Source of the DNA: a virus
Lineage: Duplodnaviria > Heunggongvirae > Uroviricota > Caudoviricetes
Strand: one strand, 5' to 3'
IMG/VR virus record: IMGVR_UViG_3300028591_000002
Span: 1-46,717 of that record
DNA length: 46,717 nucleotides
Shown: one piece after another, positions 37,701 through 46,717 of the stretch
How the letters are laid out: every line of letters starts with the position of its first letter
How positions within the stretch are numbered: the stretch's first letter is position 1
Position numbers and translations under genes: made by a program
The notes under the pieces: model-generated
Database searches by the model: none
What the model was told of the DNA's origin: nothing
What the model saw: the letters and a program-made list of their open reading frames with translations, nothing else

Positions 37701-40389
37701 TATACAGAATGGATTTAAACTTATAGATAATAGTGATTTAAGAGAATTTGTATGTAATAAGTATTTTAATTATACAAATTTCTTACATTATAAAATAGTA
37801 GGTGTTACCGAAAATGTTCCTATTGTAGCTATTGACAATACTATATTTAAAGGAGTCTGTGGAGATACTTAGGAAGCTTATAGATTTGAATATATAAATG
37901 AAGAACATTCTGCAAATAGAGGAATAAGTTGGGAATATGATAGGGACTTTAATTTTGTAAGAGGTGTATATACACCTTATTTAGGAATTGTTTCTCAAAC
38001 TATAAATAACAAAACAGAAAAATAGAGAGGTTATTGTAGAACATTTAATATATATGCAGATAATGTAAAAAATTCTTTTAGGGAAAATTATAAGATTAGA
38101 AAACAAAACAATTCAGCTTACTATTCTATTAGTGAAAAAATATCTTTTGATATTGATTATACAGATTATATTCCTGAATTAAATAAATGGAATTCTGAAA
38201 ACGGAGGATATTTCTATGATTTATATAGGGGAGATTGTTTCTTATGTACATTTACACATAGATTAAATAGAAATTTTAGTGATCCTACTGCCCCTTCTAA
38301 CGATAAAATTGCTAATGTAGCAACTTGGAGAAAATACTATGAATTAGCAAAGAGTTCAAACTTTGAAGAAAATATTCAAAAAATAAATAGAGGTGATATA
38401 AATGCTGTAAAGTTAGGTTCTTGGATTACTATTAAAGTAAAATCTTCTTATAATTTATCTATTAGATCTTTAGATGAAAGATATTTAGAAGAAAAGGCTA
38501 CTATGGGTAGAGCTAGAGGATTTTATCCATTACAACAAGCATCTGCAGAAGGAGGATATAAAATTCCTAATTCTTATCTAATAAATGATGGTTTTGGAAG
38601 TACTGTAGGGGAAAAGATATATAATACATTACCTGAAGCTCCTTATTATAATAATTAGTATTAGAATAGAATAGTTTATTCTGACGTAAATATTAATAAT
38701 TCTTATAAGAATAATTATAGAATATTTAGATCTATTAATATGCGAGATTATACTAAATAGTATGGAGCAATTACCAAAATATTAGAGTGGTATGGAGATT
38801 TAATTTGCGTCTTTGAACATGGAATAGCGTATATTCCAGTGAAAGAAAGAATGTTAGTGGCAAATGGAACTGGGGGTGGAGTATTTGTAACTAATAACGA
38901 TGTTCTTCCAGAAACTCCTAAAATATTGAGTGATAAATTTGGTTCTCAATACGCTGATAGTATTATAGCTACTCCTTATTATATTTATGGAGTTGATACT
39001 TCCACTTAGAAAATATGGAAAACTAATGGAGGAGAATAGGGTATTGTTCAAATTATTTCTGACATGAAAGTCGAAAGTTTCTTGAAAACTTATATGAATA
39101 TAAAAGAAACTGAATACTCTGTTAAAGTTGGAATAAAAAATGTAAAAACTCAATACAATCCTACAAAATCTGATTTACTTTTCACATTTTATAATAAAGT
39201 TGGAGAAGATGAAATTGCTTGGAATTTATGTTTAAATGAAATTCAAAGTTCAGAGGACTCTGGACAATTTATTACTTTTTATTCTTGGATTCCATTAGAT
39301 TCGTTTACTATAAATAATATTTGGCATAGTTTTGACAGAGAGACAGTAAGAGATTATATAATAAATCCTCCTGAAGAAGAGAAAAAAAGTCCTTCTTTAT
39401 ATATATGGAGACATAATAATGCTAATAACAGACCTTTACCAACTCATTGGTATGGTAAACAGCATCCTTTTGAATTTGAATTTATTGTCCTTGATAATCC
39501 AATGCAACATAAAATATTTGAAAATCTTTAGATAATATCAAACAATGCAGAACCAGAGTCTTTCCACTTTGAAATAACTGGAGATGTTTATGATTTTAAA
39601 GAAGATTTACCAAATATGTACTATAGGCAAGAATGTACAAAGAAATTATATCACAATTTGGGTTCTCATTGGACTTATGATGATTATTAGAAAATACATC
39701 CTAATTGGAATATAAAATCTACTATATTTCCTTTATATTATGAAAGAAAAGATGAGTATGATCAGATATATGACAATTATCAACAAATGACAGGGGTTGA
39801 TAGGAATTATCAAAATCTATCTGGCTCTGAAGTAGTTTGGTATAAAAGGGAAAATAAATTTGGTATTAGTACACATATAAAGAATTTACCTATAAATGGA
39901 CATTGGGTTCGAGATTACTCAACTGAAGAATCTTTAGGAAAAACTAAGAAAGAAATTAAACCAAAGGAAGCTTTTTTAGAGGATAATGATTATATTTGGA
40001 CTTATAAATGGGAACCTGGAGGAATTCTTAGAGGTAATTCTTAGTATGATAAAGATAAATGGAGTATACAGATTCCTTCTATTACTTTTATGTAGAAAAA
40101 TGAATCGAAATGGGAAGAACCTCCTATTATTTTAAATTCTATACCTAAAGATATTCAACAGGATGTTATAACATATGAATCCCTTCCTAATACTTATTCT
40201 GTAGGACAAGTTTTAGAAAATATTAATGATTAGAATTCTTTATTATTTAATAGTGTTAAAAAACCTGTTGGATGGACAAATAGAAAAGAAGTTAAAATAT
40301 AGGATAAATATTGTAGAATAAAGATTCGATATAGTGGTGAAGAATTAGCTATTATATTGGCAGTTTTAACAATTTTTAATACAAAATAA
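34792..40389 (+). CDS. Muzzle / tail stabilisation protein (P22 gp10-like, about 1865 aa)
   Basis: Track ORFs 34978, 35419, 36952, 39064 and 39787 share a frame; NVFTNGL*MD..P..LTNALN..L*NDLGN, MLFLGN, GYWNEEFYRLGIVY, *YGAITKI, *DKYCRIKIRY; ends TAA. The frame was spot-checked, not read codon by codon. Confidence 0.82.
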
Positions 40390-40390
40390 T

Positions 40391-42385
40391 ATGAGTGTTT
40401 TAAATAATGCTATAAGCACTTTTACTAATAATAAAAGTAATTGGGGCAGTGTAGCTTCAGCAGGAGCCACTTTTTTAGGAAATAAATTAGATTCTAAGGG
40501 AGATAGTAATGAAGGTTAGGTTGTAGGAGGTTTAATATCTAGGTTAGGAGAATCTAATCCTTGGGGTTATGCTGGTGGTTATTTAGGAATGGGTTTAGCT
40601 AATAAAATAACTGGAGGAACCGATGGAATGACTACAACAGATAGACTTCTTGGAAGTAAAGGTATTTCAGGAGCAGCTTTTGGTGCAGCAGCTGCTGCTG
40701 GGGGACCTGTTGGTTGGGGATTAGCTGGAGCATATGCTTTAGGTTCTATTATTAATTCAGCTACAGGAAAAACTACTATGAAAGATTCTTTCAATGACTT
40801 TATGAATAGCGGAAAGTTATCTAATTTAGACTCTGCATATTATAGAGATTCTTCTTTAGATAATTTATATGATAAAAAGTATGGAGGATTTTCTCGTAGA
40901 GCCTATAAAAAAGCCCAAGCAAAGCTAAGAAGAGATTAGTGGGAAAAAGCTACAAAGTTAGATATTAATGAATTAGCAAATATAGGAAAAACTAGAGCGG
41001 GAATGGTAGATGCTAATTATAATAATTATTTATTAAATATTAATGGAGGATATATTCCTACATAGATGGGAAAACATGGCTTAGATGTGTCTCGTTTATT
41101 GAAATCTAGGGAAATAATATAGAAATACACTAGTAAGCCTAAAGAATTAGAGAAATTTCAAAAAGGAGGAAAACCAGAACTTAAAGAAATTAAATCTATT
41201 GAATCTTATTATGACCCAGATAATAATATAATTTATTATACCGATGATGAAGCTTTAGAACATGAAAGATTTCATGCAAATCCTGATTTGGAATACTTAG
41301 AAAAACTAAAACCTTTTTATGAGAATCTAAATGATGATAAAATAACTTGGTTAGGTGGAGATTTAAATTTCGTGAAAAGATTAGATAATGATCCAGGACA
41401 TTTTTATAATCCTGAAGAAATAGGAGCTAGAGTAAAAGCAGCTAAATTTAGAACTAAAGGAAATAAATATACTCAAGAATTCTTCAAAAATTTAAGGAAT
41501 AATGAAGAGTAGTATGGAGATAATATGAGAGATTTATTACATATGTATAATGATAGTATCCTTTCTAGAATATTTAATATAGATGAGAATATAAAAGTGT
41601 TTCAGAATGGAGGTACAATGAATGTTATTCCTGAAGGAGCACTTCATGCTAGAAAACATCATATGGCAGATGATGAACATATTACTAAGAAAGGAATTCC
41701 TGTAGTTGATACTGATGGTAATCAGTAGGCTGAAATAGAATGTAATGAAATAATCTTTAGAAAAGAAGTTACTGATTAGTTAGAAAAACTTAGAAAAGAG
41801 GGATCTGACGAAGCAGCTATTGAAGCTGGTAAATTACTTGCTCAAGAAATAGTAGAGAATACAGAAGATAGAACAGGATTAATTAATACTGTTGTAGGGG
41901 AAGAAGAAAAATTATTAACTTAGCAAGTTCCAATGGCTTAGAAAGGCATAGAAATTCCTAAATTAAATAAAGATTTAGAAGAAACGAAAGTTCCAGAGAA
42001 ATTTGACTCTTTTGAAGATTTATTAAAATACTTGCGAGAAACAGGAAGAGATAGTACTGAAGACTATGACTTGGAGAAAGCTTATAGAGATTTTGAAGTA
42101 TTTAATGACTGGTTAGAAGAAGAAAGAAAAACTCCTGGAAAAGGACATTGGAAAGATAAATATAAAAAACCAAATCATATAACGTATAGTAATGAATCCA
42201 TTTTAGGAGATAATCCAAAAGAAAATGGAGGAATTTGGGCTAAAGACGGAAATGGAGAAGATATATTTATCGTGAGTCCTTATTTATAGAAATTACATAC
42301 TTTATGGGAATATCTAAAATATTTTGAAGATGAACCTATTTCTATTATGTATGATGGTGTAACTTATAAAACTAAGAAAAAATGA
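40391..42385 (+). CDS. Multidomain cargo/ejection protein (664 aa): Gly/Ala membrane-like N-terminus, zincin domain, cargo domain, C-terminal KKPNH domain
   Basis: Track ORFs 40589, 41288, 41525 and 42032 are in one frame; GAAFGAAAAAGGPVGWGLAGA; HERFH...NPEEIGAR; position after muzzle. Confidence 0.78.
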
Positions 42386-42951
42386 TAAAAATAAGATTAG
42401 GAGAAAAAGAATATAATGTTCAAGAAGCCAAAACTACAGAAGAGATGTAGAAAGGGCTTATGGGAGTTAAAGAACTTCCACAAGATGAAGGTATGATATT
42501 CTATTTTGATTAGCCTCAACTAGTAGAAATGTGGATGCGTGATACTTTAATTCCTTTAGATATCATATATATTAATGAAGATCAGGAAGTTACAGCAGTA
42601 GAGTAGGGATAGCCTAATGATGATACTCTATTAGGACATGAAGATACTATGTATGTAGTAGAAGTTAATGCTAATTCTGGAATATAGGTTGGAGATACAT
42701 TAGAATTTGAAGGGGATGAAAATAAAGAAATTGTAATGTAGGTTCTGGCTCCTGATGGAACTTCTTAGATGGATTTAGTGGGAGGGGAAAGAATAGTTTC
42801 TAGAAAAGAAACAAAAGTTCTTATTAGAAAAGCTTTTAAAGCCTATAAATCTCAAGAAGATAAAGATTATAAATCTCTTGGAAAATATATGTTTAAAGTC
42901 TTAAATAAATAGGATTCTAGAGAACCTGAATATGTAAAAAGTCCTGATTAA
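42382..42951 (+). CDS. DUF192 (COG1430) family protein with C-terminal extension (189 aa)
   Basis: A.T.EEM*KGLM...DEGMIF.F...MWMRDTLIPLDII.I...YVVEVNA..GI*VGD, the DUF192 pattern; absent from the track. Confidence 0.85.
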
Positions 42952-42980
42952 TTTTTAAACGTTAAAAACTTTAAAAAGTT

Positions 42981-43011
42981 TTTGATTTTAATAAAAATAA
43001 TTTTATATTTA
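42981..43011 (+). promoter_or_regulatory. Candidate Bacteroidota sigma promoter (-33 TTTG, 19 nt, -7 TAnnTTTa)
   Basis: TTTG 42981-42984 and TATATTTA 43004-43011 in an intergenic gap. Confidence 0.4.
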
Positions 43012-43050
43012 TAAGGATAGAATTAATATTAATTTTAAACGAGAAAATTT

Positions 43051-43368
43051 ATGAGAATTATTAACAAATTTCAACAAGGTGGACCGATGGGTCCAGAAGC
43101 AGCTCCTGCTGATACGGGAGCTGGAGAAGCATATGTACCAGAAGATGCTGGTGGAGCTGGAATGCCAGAAGGTGGCGAAGATCCAATTATGCAGATTGCT
43201 CAAGTAGCTATGCAAGCACTTGAATCACAAGATTGTGAAGCCGCTATGGCTGTATGTGAAGCTTTTGTTCAATTAATACAGCAAGGTCAAGGCGGAGCAC
43301 CAGAAGAAGAAGCTCCAGCTGGTGAACCTGTTTACCGCAACGGTGGGGTTTTATCTAGAAGAATTTAA
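43051..43368 (+). CDS. Small acidic protein bracketed by FQQGG and YRNGG motifs (105 aa)
   Basis: Intact ORF; 10 Gln, none encoded by TAG; candidate promoter upstream and terminator downstream. Confidence 0.8.
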   Translation: MRIINKFQQGGPMGPEAAPADTGAGEAYVPEDAGGAGMPEGGEDPIMQIAQVAMQALESQDCEAAMAVCEAFVQLIQQGQGGAPEEEAPAGEPVYRNGGVLSRRI

Positions 43369-43381
43369 TTAAATTTTAATG

Positions 43382-43420
43382 AAGGGAGCATACTAATACT
43401 TGTATGTTCCCTTTTCTATT
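43382..43420 (+). terminator. Intrinsic terminator
   Basis: AAGGGAGCATAC-taatactt-GTATGTTCCCTT followed by a T-rich tail. Confidence 0.75.
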
Positions 43421-43425
43421 ATTGT

Positions 43426-46400
43426 ATGGCAGTTTATATAAGAAAATTACAATAGGGTGGAAACGTAAATTCTCCAAAATTCCAAATCTATGATACTAAA
43501 GTTAATTTAAAAGACTATACAAATGCTTTAATTTAGAATTTTTAGACTTTCTATGATTCCTATAAAGGTATATGGAATAACGATTAGGAATAGGAAGTTT
43601 TAAGACAACACGAATAGTATATCAATGATTTAAATAATGGTAGAATTAATAGTTACCAAGGACCAAGTCAATCTGGAGATTATGCTACCTTTGTAGACAA
43701 AATTGCTCAGATAACTGGAATATATGCAAATCAAGCAAAAAATAAAAAATTCACTAAAGATTCTATAATGAAAGACTTTTATAATGAATTTTTTGCTGGG
43801 CAAGAAAATCCAGATTTTCAATCTTTTTTAGATTTAGATGAGGTAGTTACAGATGAAACTGGGCGTTAGACTAGGGGTGTAAAAAACAGAGTTAACGCTT
43901 TATTAAACTTTTTGAATGAGAATTATCTATCAAAATATGAAGATGCTGATGAATCTTTAGGTGGGATAGAAAATGTAGCTTTTAAGATTGATAGATTAAG
44001 AAAGGCTTTAGCCGATGGAAAATTGAATAATGAAGATTATGCCGCAGCAGCTGCTTTAGGATTTAATCTTCGAGCATTATTATAGTCAGGAGTCCCTGAA
44101 CAATCTCTTTTAAGTCCACAAGAAAAAATGCAAAAGGAATTAAATACTTGGATGTCTAGAGATAAAGGTGATTTACTTTTAAGTTTAGGAAATAATTCCT
44201 CTATAAAATCTAATGATTTATTAGAAACTTATTTTAGAAACGATATAAAAAAATATTTTGAACATTTAACAAGTTTAGCTAAAAATTTACAAGATAATGG
44301 ATTAGATTACTATAATGTAGAAAATTTAGCTGGAACATAGTATTTAAAAGATGTTCCAAATGGTTCTTATATTCAATCAATGCTTGATGCAATGGTTAAT
44401 TTTAGAAATCTTTTAGGAATATCTTTAAGATAGGATAAATATGGAGTATATGGAATAATTCCAGAATCCTTTAATCCTAATACAGGAACTGTACTTGCTT
44501 ATTATCCAAATAATAAACAAATAAGAAGTATAAGAATTTGGAATTAGAAAGACTTATTAGAATCTTATTATCAAAGGGCTTACCCAGAACTCTTTTAGGA
44601 AATAAGAAGAGGACAATATGGATTTAGAGTTCCAGAATCAGTTAATTAGTATACTGAAGAAGAACAGATTCTTTTACAAAAATTAAATCAACTTCAAAAT
44701 GAAGTTCCTTAGGAAGAAACTTCTGAAGAACAAACTAAAATACCGCAGGAAGAATATTTAAATGCTGTTCCAAATAATTGGGGTAAAAAAGAATGGGCAG
44801 AAATAGGTTCTATAGCTGCAAGTATAGCCTCAATATTAGACCCAGAACCTTTCTCTGCAACTGGATTAGGTTTAGCGGGAACATTAGCTCATGCTTATAA
44901 TTTAGCTGGAGATAATGATGGCTTTACCAAAGGTGATTTAGGAAATACTCTTTTAAATGTAGGATTTGATATTGCAGGAGCTATTCCAGTTTTAGGAGAT
45001 TTTGCACAAGCAAAGAAAATAACAAAGGCAATAAAAACTTTAGGTGCTCCAATATTAGGTCTTTTAGGAGCATCTAGAATACCTGGGGCAGTAGAATCCG
45101 CTAAAAAAATATTTACTGATGAAAAATTAACAATACAAGATTATAGAAATATTGCCGAAGGTTTAATAGCTGTATTAGGTGCTAAGAATTATTGGACAAA
45201 TAAGTATAGAAGCAGAGCTTTAGATGCTGCTCCGGATTTTAAACCTCAAACTCCAATACAAAAGTCTCAAGTGGAATTCCATAATACTTTAAGAAATCTT
45301 GGAAAATCTAATGAGAAACCTATTGGTTGGTGGGAATAGTTTAAAAAGAGTCTTAATCTTGCAGAACATTATAGAAGTAAATTTGGAGCAACTACCACTA
45401 CTACCAAAAAGCAATAGAATTCAGACCCTATTTGGCAAACTCCTGATTGGTTAAAAAATACAGGAAGTAGACTAAAGAAAATAGTAGGATTTAAAAAGTC
45501 TGGAGGTATTATTTTAATGCAAAATGGAGGTTGGTTTGAAAATTTCAAAAAAAGATATGCTCAACAAGCATTAACTGGTTGGGATAATACTAAAGACCAA
45601 TCTAGAGCAGGAGAAAATTTAAAGGGCAATGGACATTATAATGCTGGAAGTCTACAAGAAGCTTATAATAGAAATGTTGCTTATATTAATGATTTTGATG
45701 CTGTAGGAAATGACCTTCAAGATTATTATAACTCTAAATATTCTACTAATTCTTTAGAGGATTATGTAAATAATTACAATTCTGATATAGATAGACTAAC
45801 TGGACATTGGAATGTTAATAGAACTTATGGTTCTACTGATGCTCGAGACCATAATAGACTATTTAGAGCTATGTATACTAGAAGAAGTAGTTAGAACTCT
45901 AATTCTCCTTATAATATTGGATATCAAGATGATATTGAGGATATTGAAGGTTCTTCTGCTTGGCTACGTAGAGCAGACAATTATGAAAATCTTTGGGATG
46001 AAACTTCATTAGAAGATAAATTGAAGAGAATTCATAAAATAAAGCTAGGAAATGGTCAAGAAGGTTTTGTTTATAAGGAAAATAATGGAAAAATAGGAAT
46101 AATTGGAGATGAATAGGTTAAAGATTTAATAAATAAATATCAAGGAACAACTCCAGAATCTCCTACTTCTCCAAATATACCTTCTACTTCTAGTGGTCCT
46201 TTAGTTGAACCTTCTAAAGGTCAAGAAATTAAACCTGATAATGATTTATGGGAAAAAATTACCCCATCTTTAATAGCCTTACAAAGATTGTATGGAGATA
46301 TTAATGCTTCTAATAAAAGAACTAAGGAATATTTAAATTCTCTAATAACTCCAAGTTTAACTCCACCTAGATTTGATAGATAGGTTTATGGAGATTATGC

Positions 46401-46717
46401 TTTAAGAAAGAATTATGAAGATTAGGGAGCACAAATAAATTCTATGGCTAATAGAGCTACTACTTCTGATGCTAAATTGGCTTTCTTACAAAGACTTGAA
46501 GGACAAAATGAAGCTAATAAATTAAGAGAAAAAGGTAAATTAGCCGATAATGAGAGGATTAAAGAAACTGCAGAAGCTTCATCTAGACAAGCTAAAGAAA
46601 ATGTATTTACTTCTAATCAAGTAGCTAATGAAAATAGAAAACTTTCTGCTGATATGGCTCGCCATAAGGCTGAAACAATTGCTTACACTGATGCTGCTAA
46701 TAGATAGAGTATAGATA
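43426..46717 (+). CDS. 3'-partial large cargo/ejection protein (>1090 aa)
   Basis: Frame 1 appears open with TAG=Gln to the window end; LQ*GG, KKSGG and MQNGG motifs; hydrophobic Gly/Ala segment near 44790-45190; C-terminal charged helices. Confidence 0.8.

Noticed and set aside
3888-43821. All minus-strand ORFs in the track
   Set aside because: They are short antisense shadows of well-supported plus-strand genes with no recognisable motifs.
11993-46012. Alternative-frame plus-strand ORFs (11993, 21752, 27703, 28006, 45812)
   Set aside because: They lie fully inside longer code-15 genes and have off-frame composition.

Overview
The window is the late (virion morphogenesis) region of a very AT-rich crAss-like phage (Crassvirales, probable Bacteroidota host). 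It uses a reassigned genetic code in which TAG encodes Gln (code 15), so the supplied code-11 ORF track is badly fragmented. Reading TAG as Gln by hand gives about 40 tightly packed + strand genes, and every complete gene ends in TAA or TGA. Gene order: a GG-motif-rich protein, a possible TerS, TerL and portal; about 20 kb of fibre/adhesin and accessory genes (Ig-like, Fn3-associated, SGNH esterase, metallophosphoesterase and a five-gene uncharacterised cassette ending in a HExxH protein); an acidic scaffold-like protein and the major capsid protein; ring, auxiliary capsid and IHF-like genes; a 1865-aa muzzle/tail-stabilisation protein; then cargo (ejection) proteins. The most interesting unexplained signal is a short [FYLMA]-x-x-G-G motif that I found only in the cargo-type proteins and that exactly brackets an inserted zincin domain, suggesting a motif-delimited system for packaging or processing cargo. 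No suppressor tRNA, CRISPR array or integrase is visible. All product calls come from motifs and recalled Crassvirales gene order; no database searches were run.
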